Of a stretch of 64,000 nt of DNA, positions 52,764 through 64,000 are shown in pieces. The notes below the pieces were generated by a model. The model ran no database searches, was not told where the DNA came from, and worked only from the letters and a program-made list of their open reading frames with translations. Source of the DNA: Octopus sinensis (taxonomy: Eukaryota); assembly GCF_006345805.1 (NCBI RefSeq), contig NC_043011.1, positions 28,036,464-28,100,463 on the forward strand, written 5' to 3'. The translations under genes were made by a program, and so were the position numbers. The first letter of the stretch is position 1. Every line of letters begins with the position of its first letter.

Positions 52764-53094
52764 AGATGTACTCGCATAGCAAGTGATTTGATCTGAGATC
52801 GTGTGCAGAAACGAAAACAATTGCAACGTGGAAGGTGTTTGTAAGCCATTTAAGAAACACACAAAAGCCGTTCGATTCACTTCAACATTTAAGTTTAATT
52901 TGTCAAAATATTTTCGTCGCTAAAATCCGCGACCTGTTCACTGATAAAAACAGCACGGATTTTTATCAGTGAACAGGTCGCGGATTTTAGCGACGAAAAT
53001 ATTTTGACAAATTAAACTTAAATGTTGAAGTGAATCGAACGGCTTTTGTGTGTTTCTTAAATGGCTTACAAACACCTTCCACGTTGCAATTGTT
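52761..53094. repeat. (AT)n-flanked perfect fold-back, ~135 bp arms (52816-52950, 52960-53094), 9 bp spacer
   Basis: Direct reverse-complement comparison. Confidence 0.92.
52962..53011 (+). ncRNA. Minimal hammerhead-like motif with G3-C8 swapped core (mirror copy at 52899-52948, minus)
   Basis: TTTATCA-GTGAACA-G-GTCGC-GGATTTTA-GCGAC-GAAA-ATAT-TT-TGACAAA; stem I 6/7, stem II 5/5, palindromic AATATT stem III. Confidence 0.6.
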
Positions 53095-53274
53095 ATATAT
53101 ATATATATACACACACACATAGGTTAATGTAGTTAGAGGCTGGAATAACCGTTTAAGGGATAAAAATATCCGTTTTACTTCGGTATAATTACCTATGTTA
53201 ACCCTGGGCATACATATGCAAGCATATTATGTTCATGGGGAAGTGGCAATGGCATGCGTTTATCAGGAATCAAA

Positions 53275-53630
53275 TTTAAAGTAAACAGAAAAGAGAGAAA
53301 TATTGATCAACAATATTGACTAACACCGACTATTACTTTTTAACACAAATAGACTTTATCCGTTTTTGCATCCAATGCAGAAGACAGTTCTCCTTTCCTT
53401 TTCTTTTCTTTTATGTATTTTTCTTCACTCTGATGAAGCTCCATGTTCCAGATCGTATGTGTTACAAAATATGATGAATATTATTTTCAGAAATTTTAAT
53501 GGCAACACCATGGGCCATTGGAGGCAGAAACGGCTGTTAGATGGGATAAAGTCTATTTGTATTAAAAAGTAATAATCGATGTTAGTCAATTGTTGTTGAT
53601 AAATATTTCTCCATTTTCTGTTTACTTTAT
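53275..53630. repeat. Inverted repeat module (arms ~53275-53362 and ~53543-53628) ending at (AT)n
   Basis: CAAATAGACTTTATCC / GGATAAAGTCTATTTG; AAAGTAAACAGAAAA / TTTTCTGTTTACTTT. Confidence 0.75.
53425..53543 (+). ncRNA. Probable degenerate hammerhead with long loop II
   Basis: TCACT-CTGATGA-A-GCTCCA...TGGAGGCA-GAAA-CGGCTG-TT-AGATG; stems imperfect. Confidence 0.5.
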
Positions 53631-53657
53631 ATATACACATATATATATACACACACA

Positions 53658-53700
<43 letters not shown>

Positions 53701-55589
53701 GTATACGCACACACATACACACAAACACTCACAGAGACACATACACTCATACGCACATGCACGCACACACATGTATAAGATATGATTGCAGTGTGTGCGT
53801 GTGTAATTTGTGAAAGTGAATATCGGTTTCTCGACTCAACTATCCAGCGATGACCACATTGAAATAAGCATGATTCATAATTAATGTTAAAACATATTTA
53901 AGAAACCGCAACAAAATACTTCAACATGAAAATATCATCCACTTCTGCAGAAATATATATCCTTCATTAATTTTACAGTTAAATATAGCCAACCTCAACG
54001 TTTACGAAAAAATGCTAATACGAAAAGCCTTATATCATCTAACAACGAAATAAATCAGTATAAGAAATTAAAAAATGATTACCTCCTGATCAACCTACAC
54101 ATTAAAGATAAACGAGATGCCACAGAAAATAAGCAATGATGAAGCAGAAAGCTGACTGCCAATCAGTGAGTGCAAACAGCACTGGCAAATATTATATAAA
54201 GAGGTTAATATCTCTCGACATCATCGAGAAAGTGAAAATGGTTATAGAAAGATATGTTGTGCAACTTGTTAAAACTTTCTATTAGCATCATTTACAAATA
54301 AAACTTCTTATATGAATCATTCTTTGATGTAATGGGATATGCTTTTTATCTCCGTGTTCTCGGTAAATGTATATTTCCTTATCGCCTTTAGGGTACTGTT
54401 GCGTTGTGTAAAAGAGAAAACGTAGAAAATTAGCAGAGAGCTACGAATGACAAATGAATTCGTAGCTATAAAAACGTTGTTAGATTTGAATGGATCTTTT
54501 CTGCCCGTTGTACGTATGTATGTATGTATGTATTATGTATGTATGTATGTATGTATGTATGTATGTATGTAGGTATGTAAGTATGTATGTATGTAGGTAT
54601 GTATATATATATATATATACATTAGATATATATTTAATTTATATGTAATTGTAAATATATAAATATGTGTGTGCATGTATTGTATATATATATATACAAA
54701 TTGCGTAAGATATTTGAGCACAGATTTATGTTTATAAAAAACAGCTATAAAATATCAAAAAATGCAATGCGGATAAAAATAAACCTTTTCTATAATGTTA
54801 TTCAATAAACTCACCTTCAGCTTCAACAACTGCTTCTATATGAGATCTAAGTCATCTACATGTTCGAATTAAGTGGCCCTGGTTCGTTTTGGACATTACT
54901 CTAACTATGGCAGCTTTCAAAGAACCCTTGTGATGAATAAAGATTATCGTGAATTTCCTTATGTGTTCCTCTTCTTTGTTATATACACCACGAACTTCGA
55001 GGAAATCCTAAGGGTGATACAGTGGCATACATATTAATGCCATGGACGATGTGAGATAACCATAGTCAGTGAATATGCTTTAAAAGGTAGGTGGATATCC
55101 AAGTTTTAATTAACTCTATATTGGAATATAAACATGTTCAATGTATTATGCTGATAAACATATATAAACCCATATAGACATACACATAAGACATATACAC
55201 AAATTTTAGATGAAATGGGGGAAATAGAGATATAAGTAAATAAATGGAAAAAAGTATTAAATAAAGGACACGGATACAAACCATAGAGTGAGCAAGGTCA
55301 TACACACACAAAGCACACATGTGATATATATAAACACGCGTACACACATGGATACACAGAGAGATACAGAGGCAACTGTATCCGCAGATAAGGATGCTGA
55401 CCATAGAAAATAGAATGGACTAAACAGAAAATCACGTGAGATGGAGAGTCACTAAAGGGATCACAGATGGTGAGACGAAAGATTTCCAGACAATGAACAT
55501 AAATTCAGAACAATAATAAACAAGAACGAATAATGAAGGACGAATATATAGTGCGTGTGTTTATTTGGCAATAAAAAATGACTATCCCG

Positions 55590-55657
<68 letters not shown>

Positions 55658-56418
55658 TAGAGAAAAACTATGCAATTCAAACAATGATAGACATAAACCA
55701 AATCATAAATAAAAAATACAATATATATTAAAACTTATAACTAGATCACAATAAGTACAAAAATGAATAAACAATTTATAATAAGTAAAAAAGACTATAC
55801 ACTTCAAGTAGTGGTTACAACTATGGCAAAGTGACATTGATAGACTAAGCTCTTGCACAGTTAATCAAATTACGAATTGTCTATGCGATTATTAATAAAA
55901 CACTAAAATGAAACATAATCAGCGCGTGTATATTTCTCAACAGTATGATCCACACTAAATTGAGCGAAATATTTTTTGTTGCTCTGTTAGACGTTATCAC
56001 CACTGAAGAATGATGTATATGGTCTGCCTTAGATGTTTTCGTTCTGCGTCCAATTTATCCAAAGAAAACAGAGTCAAATATATTTCCACTTTTCCATGGC
56101 CAATAAAATAAAATATCACTGGTATAATGCGATAACGTGTTATATTTCATTGGCTGTCTCCATTCAAACCGATGACATCCTCGATGTAGTGACAGTGTGG
56201 ATACATGGTAAATATCCTTTGCCATTACTTATACAATAAATACATATATAATGTATTTATATGATACATATAATATGAACAAATAGATAAATATTTTTAT
56301 ACAATATATATCTATAGCCTCTCTCTCTCTCTCTGTATATATATATATATATACGCATTTATGTATGTACATACATATATATACATGTATGTATGTACAT
56401 GCATATATATATGTATGC

Positions 56419-56455
<37 letters not shown>

Positions 56456-57207
56456 GGTTGCATTTATTTGTACCTATCTGTGAAGACATACATGTAGAAA
56501 ATACATCTCTATTCAGTAACATATGTACGAATTCTTTTTTGTTATCATTGGTACCACCGATGCCAGCAGCGATTGAACTGGAATGTTTAATACTCTATAC
56601 AAACAAGAGCCATCCTGTGCGCACGTATTGGCGTGTTTGCTTGTTTTTGCTTGTCTGTTGACTTAGTTTGTGTGTGTGTATGTGTGCGTGTGTATATGTG
56701 TGTATGTATGCGCGCATATGTATTTTGTCTGTTGTGAAGAGAAATCTTTTGTCTGCAATCGCTAGAGCTTCTTTCCAATAAAAATATTGTTGCTTTGAAA
56801 TAGTATACTGAACATTTGTTCAAACGTAGCCTGGGTGTATATATATATATATATGCCATCCCATTAAACAAGCTATGATGCGTAACTTCGTAGGTGTCCG
56901 AATACATCAAACAGAATTCATGATTCTCTGTCGGATGATGCATTTGTCTATTTTGATATGGTTTAAAACCCACATCCATTCTTCATGTGCATACGCTCAA
57001 ATACAAGGAAACGTATATAGATGTACAATGATTCATCACTTCTCCCTCGTACCCCTCTCCCCGTCTCTGTTCGTATTACATATATATATATATATATACA
57101 TATATATATAAATATGTGTGCGTGTGTGTGTGTGTGTAGAAAGACAGACAAACAGACATGACATGCAGATAAATAAACAATTAGACACACAATACACATA
57201 TACATAC

Positions 57208-57252
<45 letters not shown>

Positions 57253-57981
57253 GCGAACAAAACAATATTAGTGTATAAGATTTTAACTGATTTATTTAGA
57301 CAAGTGGATTGCAATCGCAACCCACATGAACTCCTAAGTCCTTATTATATTTTGGGGGCCCTAGCTAGCAAAATAGTGAATTTGGATTCCGCAGTATTAT
57401 TTTGAGTGTCTAAGAAAAGCCTTGATTTAAATGTGTGAAAGATTTCGTTCAGCAACCTTTTACATAGAGCAACCTATACAAGTGAATGTGTGAAATAGAA
57501 AATAGGAATTTTAAAAGAATTATTTATGAAAGTATTTCTAGAAATATCTATAAAATTAGTTTTTAAACATCGAACGGCTATGGGGGTCCACCAGAATAAA
57601 ATAATAAACAAAGGGATGTATAGGTAAAGAATGAGAAGATGTGTTTTAAATTATAAAATGATGCCGATGAATGCTTTTTATCAATGTTCTATGACCTTAG
57701 TATATTCTCAGTAAAAATTTTTTTTACTTCTTACTCAGCTTGTACATTGTAAATGAATCTATATTTTAGGCAAAGAAATGTTTACATTCCATTTATATAA
57801 TTAATGGAAGCTCCCGTGTTTTAAATCTCGATACCAACGTAAAACGGTGTGTCAGAAAAGAAGCGGTGGTTTGAAACATGTGCGGCAACCAGCTGCCGCA
57901 GCCCACTTGCGGATCGCACTCCTGTGTGAGCGCGATTTTGAACTTCTGCTAATTAACACACTCATTATGGCACATCATTAA

Positions 57982-58823
57982 CCCCTTAATGGATCAATTA
58001 TTTTCACATGACGTTTCTTTTCAGAGCATATTTTTTATTTCCTTTATTAATTATATACACTGTGTTAATCACCAAAAAAGTTTTTCTTCTTGTTTCCTAT
58101 ATTTTTTCTTATAGAAATTAAAATGTACTTTTACTCATTTGACTTAAACGAGTTAACTCGGACATTGAAAAAACTAAATAAAAATTAACTATCTTCGATT
58201 TTTTACAAGATGTATTGCTCTTAAATCAAAGGAAAATTGGTAGAAATTGAGATAGACAGTTTATTTAGAATGATAAATTTTAAAGCAAGGAGTTACACAC
58301 AAAGTTATCTTGCAGACATCACACATGTACCTGCTTTCTCTTCGAATCTTCTTTCCTTTAGCGTCTTCTCTGCGCATTTTGCACACTACCTTGCAGGATT
58401 CTTTTTCTTATCACTTGGTGGTATTTCCATGGGAAAGTGGCCAGCTGGGGCAAATCTTGTTGGATGTGGGATCGATGGTGGTCTTCCTGGTTTCGTGGGA
58501 GGCAATAAGGGCTTATATTTTTCAATAATCTTGGTGATTATTTGCATTCTAAATTTCATCGGATTCATGGCAGAAGCTGAAGTTTCCAAAGATGCTTTAC
58601 ACAAAACAGAAGCATTTTAATTAGCCAAATCCATCAAATTAAAAAATACTTATTTTTTTTAAACAAGGTGAATACATTCGTGATTGCTCAAAAATGAAAC
58701 GACACAAAAATAAATTCGTTTGAGTTCTAAAATTAAAAGTTAATTTTAACCAAGTATACTCGTCTGGTTCTAAAAAGATACAATTGCGATGCATGAGTAA
58801 ACTCGGGATAATCCATAAAGGGG
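57982..58823 (-). mobile_element. piggyBac deletion derivative retaining the C-terminal cysteine-rich domain
   Basis: TTAA|CCCCTTAATGGAT ... ATCCATAAAGGGG|TTAT termini; minus strand PGRPPSIPHPTRF..GHFPMEIPPSDKKKNPAR*CAKC and RRESRYMCDVCKITLCVTPCFKIYH. Confidence 0.85.
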
Positions 58824-59009
58824 TTATGACAGCGATCATTATTTAGAGCACTTATGGCGGCAAGCTAGCAGAATCATTAGCCGAATCATTAGCACGTTGG
58901 ATGATTAGCGGCATTTCTTCAGACCCATTACATTCTCTGTTGAAATTTCGCCTCAGTTTGCTGTGTCTTTCATCCAATTACGTTATGGTCGACAAAATAA
59001 GTACTAGTC

Positions 59010-59086
<77 letters not shown>

Positions 59087-59193
59087 CAGCAACAACATCA
59101 ACAGCAACAACATCAACAGCAACAACATCAACAGCAACAACAATATCGAAAAATACCTTAGGAATAAGAACCCAGGTTCGAAATTTCCTCAAG

Positions 59194-59237
59194 ACACCTG
59201 ATGAAGGCTGGACGTTATATCCGCCGAAACGTTATGT
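59194..59237 (+). ncRNA. Minimal type I hammerhead in a ~140 bp module (59144-59285) following (AAT)n/(AAC)n
   Basis: ACAC-CTGATGA-A-GGC-TGGA-CGTTATA-TCC-GCC-GAAA-CG-TT-ATGT; palindromic ACGT stem III. Confidence 0.7.
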
Positions 59238-59950
59238 TAACAACAAACAAGATGAGGACAAATATCTGTCAAATGTAAATAATGGAAATAATATGTTCTA
59301 CATGTTGAGTCCTTCTATATTACACACGTGGAGTGACGTTATTACTCGTTGCTCTAGTCTTAGGTCAGTTGTGAGCTCTAGGACTGATACGGCCGGTGAT
59401 GAATCCGACTTCCATGTATTATAAATGAATGAGATTATAGCATTGCCTTCCGAACAGGATACAGGTCTGTCTCAAAGTTAACTTCCATGATTTTACTACA
59501 ACTCGTTTATAGCCGAGCCGAGTGGAACAACGGGAAATGAGGTGTTTTGTTTATCACTCCTCGGTCCGGGAATACAAACCACGACTTTACGAGCGTGGGT
59601 ACAATTCCCGAGCTACTAGTCACGCGCCTTCACTTCGATTTAAAATGAACAGCTACCCACTATGACGTACTGGGTGTTCCACTGAATGAAAGTCGGAGAC
59701 GGGAAAGGAACAATTATATAGGCACCTATTTAACAAGGTGTACACCCACGTAAGTGGTGATTGCCTGAACGGCATTAGTAGCTCATATTTGAGTAACTAT
59801 CAACATAATTTGAAACATTATGCACAAATATTCCTGTATTATCTTTTCTCTTTCGACTTCAACGTCATATACTACAGCAAAAGTGTTTTCTGTCCTGTTA
59901 TCATCTGTAATTCAATGTAAGTGCATTTGCCCCCTTCAAATACATACACA

Positions 59951-60056
<106 letters not shown>

Positions 60057-60071
60057 ATATATATATATATA

Positions 60072-60170
60072 TACCGGAGTAAGCACATAAGTGTGAAATA
60101 AGGTGGAATAAAGAGTACTCAAATACCAGAGGTAGAGTAATATGCTTTATTTAAAAGCTGATTTTAAATA
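60072..60170 (+). repeat. (AT)n-flanked PLE-terminal repeat fragment
   Basis: Same sequence as 30238 and the reverse complement of 47475-47545. Confidence 0.75.
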
Positions 60171-60173
60171 ACG

Positions 60174-60227
<54 letters not shown>

Positions 60228-60242
60228 TATATATATATTATA

Positions 60243-60273
<31 letters not shown>

Positions 60274-60320
60274 GTATGTATACACACACGCGCACACACA
60301 CAAACACGCATGCACGCACG

Positions 60321-60356
<36 letters not shown>

Positions 60357-60408
60357 ATATATATATATATACACACACACCATATGCTTTACTATTACAA
60401 AGCTGTGA

Positions 60409-60610
60409 AATGGTGCAAGCTGGCAGAATTGTTAGCATGCCTTGCAGCATTTCCTCCCTGTTTACGTTGAGAGTTCAAATGCCGCCAAAGTTGACTTTAA
60501 CTTTCATCTCATCTGGGTCGATAAAAGAAGTACCAGTTTATCAACTGGTATCGATGTAATCAACTTTACCTGCCCCCGAACTTGCTAGCCTCGTGACAGA
60601 TTTGGAACCA
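60409..60610 (+). mobile_element. SINE family C copy
   Basis: GCAAGCTGGCAGAATTGTTAGC...GAGTTCAAAT...GGGTCGATAAAAGAAGTACCAG. Confidence 0.75.
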
Positions 60611-62077
60611 CTGTTACATAGCGTTGTAGTGATTTCTTTATATGTACTAATCAGACGAACTAATCGACTATTACTGAATACGTGGTCTTTGTTGTTCTTG
60701 TGAGAAGCGAAATGTCTTGTATTTATGTGCAGAGACAAACACGTAATTTGAATCGAATGTCTAATTAAATTCAGAATGCGATTATACACAGAAATCATAA
60801 AACAAGTTGACAGAGTGGGCAATAAATATTTAGGCATAACAGTATCGTATGATAAGCTAAAAGATGGCATTCGGAAACGGTTTAGAAAGCTTACGTAGGA
60901 AAGTTTGAGGCTTGTGCTTTTAAAATACGAACAAAGGTGTTAATATGAAATTGTAACTATACAATACGCTGGTTAAACGTATCATAAAGTGAAATTTTAC
61001 ATTAGATCAGCTTAATGATCCGAAAAGTGATAATAATGTATGAATCAATGCACAAGTAAGTTGATTCAAATTGAAATCATGTAAGATTATTATGGGTCTT
61101 CAGAGACTAATTTATTGAAAATAACGTGTGCTTTGTGTGTAGGCATAGTCATGTGGCAAAGCAGTTTGCTCTGCAACTTCGTGCTCTTTGGTTCGATTCA
61201 ACGGTGAGATACACTGGGAAAGTTTCCTTCAATACAGACTAAATTCTACCAAATGTCTCAAAGGGAGCTTTTGGAGAAGAAAAGACAAAATGTGTTAAAA
61301 GAGATAGTTTTTCTTCGGTAAAAGACGTAACACGTTGCTCGTTTAAATGACTCCAGCTGGATCTTATATGCCTTTAGTACACTCTCTAGGCTAAAATGTA
61401 TAATTTGTCTTTAATGATAAAGTTGACCTCGGTGGAACTTGAACTCAAATCGTAAAGAACCGGAACAAATGCCGCTTAATATTTTACCTGACGTGCTGAT
61501 GATCCGGTCTCTTTTCTGAATAATAAACCCTTTAATATTTTTCAGCTTCACTCCAGACATTCTCCAGTCTCCTTTTTAAGTTAATTTGATCCTGTAATCT
61601 CGCCAGTCCCCGAAGATGTTGAATATTCTCACGGGTGCTGCAGTTTCTCTCCTGATTAAACAATAAGTGTATCTTTGTTTTTTACTTGTAAACAGCGTAA
61701 ATATAGTAAATATCAGAGATGGAATATGTTAAAGAAAATCAATCTGTAGGTGGATGTCTATTGGATGGCAACGATATTTTTCTGAATCATAATGCTTGCG
61801 TAAAATTGGAACCCAATTTCTAGTCTTTAAGCTTTAAAGTTATATGAAATCGTGCCTGCACGATACGAGCAGAGATGCTCAGAATTCCCGTTCCAAAGTT
61901 CTACTTCTGCTTCTACTGATGGTTCTGCCTGCAGCCGTGAATAGCTTAATGATCTCTATTGCACCATCCCTATAAATTCGATGTCGACTTATCCGTTTGC
62001 CCGATACTCGCTTTTGTTGATAAATTACCCAAAAATTTGTTTGTTTACTTTCTCCTCAATAACAAACAACAATAATA

Positions 62078-63345
62078 TCAGGTCATTCCATAAGTTCTGC
62101 CCGAATTTTGAATAAAGAAAACAAATGATCAAAAGTTATATTCAATTAAAATTTAATCATCAATGTACTTTCCCTGATTATCTATGCCTTCCTTCCATCT
62201 ATTTACAAGCTTTTTAATCCCATCAATGTAAAACTCTTTTGGTTTCAAAGCGAAGAACTCTGCATTGTCAGTTTCGACCTCCACCTGGCTTGCGAAAGTT
62301 ATGTCCCACAAATGATTCTGTAAACTATGAAACAAATGGTAGTCTGAAAGAGCAAGGTCGGAAGAATAAGGTGGATGAGGAGCTTTTACCCACCCAAGCT
62401 CTTCGATCTTCTGAGATGTGATCTTTGCAGTGTGGGTCACGCATTGTCCTGATGAAATATCACTCCTTTTCGATTCACTAAAGCGGGTCTTTCTTCTTCA
62501 AAGCTTGGCTCAAAGGCTCTAATTACTGACAGTAGACTTGAGCATTGAATGTTGCATTAGGTGGTAACAATATAAAGTGAATTACTCCTTTGCAATCCCA
62601 GCAGATAGAGAGAAAAACCTTTTCCCCATGAGGTTCCCATCTCGGATGTGGTTGACCTTTTACCAAGCCACTGTTAACGACGTTTAACGTTTCGATAAAA
62701 GATCCATTTTTCGTCACCAGTCTATCCAAAAAGGGTGAAATGAATTCGCGAGACTGGAGAGAAGAGTAGATGTCAACTCGAGATTCGCGGTTGCTTTCGG
62801 ACGATTCATGATGCACACATTTTCCAAGTTTAGGAACCTTTCCTAGTTGTTGAAGATGACGATGAACAGTTGTATGGTTTGAACTAAGCTTTATTGCCAA
62901 TTCTTCAACTAACGATGCAGGATTTTCTTCAAGTAATGCCTCAAGGAGCTTATCATCAAACTCAACTGGACGTCCTGTTTGATCTCCATCTTCATGGTTG
63001 AAATCTCCACTTCTAAATTTTGCAAACCATCTTCGGCAAGTTCTTTCGTTCAAACATTATTTCCCATAAACTAAGGGTATGTTTCGAGTCGCTTCGGTTG
63101 CAGAGTTTCCTTTTTTGTATTCATAAAGCATTATCTGCCTCAAATGCTCTTTGGATACTTCCATGTTAGAAATGGTTTCAATCAAAGAAATTTTAATTCT
63201 ACTATCCTGTAAAATATTTAATTAGTTTAAATGTACACAAATGCATAAAAATAATTTTAAATTCCATTAGACATTCTAAAATATTATAAAATTTCATTCA
63301 ATTTTAAAAGAGGCAAAATCGGACAGAACTTATGGGAATACTTAA
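62078..63345 (-). mobile_element. Full-length degenerate mariner (DD34D-type) transposon
   Basis: TIRs TCAGGTCATTCCATAAGTTCTGCCCGA / TCGGACAGAACTTATGGGAATACTTAA with TA flanks; ATG 63164 (MEVSKEHLRQIML), RWFAKFRSG, HPPYSSDLALSDYHLF, stop 62153; frameshifts. Confidence 0.93.
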
Positions 63346-64000
63346 TACATTATTATTTTAAATAATAAAGAATTTCTTTTTGTGGCACGAGACCAGCGAT
63401 TTTGTGACAATGTTGATCCCGGTAGAACTTGAACACTGGTCGTACAGAACACGAAAAAATCCTGCTAAAGCTTTTTATCTGATGCACAAACGACTATGCA
63501 CGGTTACTTTTCTAAATAAGTAATAAATCCGTTAATGTTTTTCTACTCCACTGCTAACATTTAAATATATTTCATATTTTTAAAATCAATATTCGCCTAC
63601 AGCGAACATATTAACTAATTGCTTAAAAGAGATGACAAGGTAACGTTCGCCTAAGAAATTCGAAAACAAAAACAAAACGAAATACTTGTTTACTGACGGT
63701 TAACGAGACATTCATGTTATGTAAGAACTAAAGGAAATTCAATTAGTTAGCTATGACATTGTATACAAATAGACAGCAAATTATATGTGTACAAGTATGG
63801 TAATTATATATACGCTGACAAAGTGTGTATTAACGAGTGTATACAGAAATAGAGATGAATCATACATACATGAATATGGCAAACATGGGCAAAGTGCCTA
63901 AACACAAATAACTTAGACATTAATATAGATATATTTGGACACACAAACATAAATAAATATATGTACTGAAATGGAAATTATGTTTACAGAAATATGGCCA

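Noticed and set aside
58237-58620. 127 aa hydrophobic, membrane-protein-like ORF on plus
   Set aside because: Antisense shadow of the piggyBac C-terminal domain
61530-61655. Possible minus-strand terminal exon (ERNCSTRENIQHL...)
   Set aside because: Weak acceptor, no homology recognised, no partner exons identified

Overview
AT-rich, microsatellite-saturated animal genomic DNA with no complete host gene. The SINE families and repeat style look like an octopod cephalopod, which is an inference. The window is almost entirely decayed mobile DNA: R4/Dong-type non-LTR fragments in (TAA)n/(TACA)n tracts, Penelope-like element (PLE) RT and GIY-YIG pieces, a Helitron with both termini, Tc1, mariners, a piggyBac deletion derivative, several modular tRNA-derived SINE families, a tRNA-iMet pseudogene, and a cullin-4 fragment fused to a LINE 3' end. 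The most interesting signal is a dense set of short (AT)n-flanked fold-back or tandem modules carrying type I minimal hammerhead ribozyme motifs with self-complementary stem III. These include a canonical one (20874), mirror-image pairs on both strands (46815-46923; 52899-53011), an apparent G3-C8 core-swap variant and an A6U variant. The 46.3-51.2 kb block (nested palindrome, cullin-4 chimera, 1 kb duplication) may be partly an assembly artefact. All calls were made by eye; no database searches or folding programs were run.
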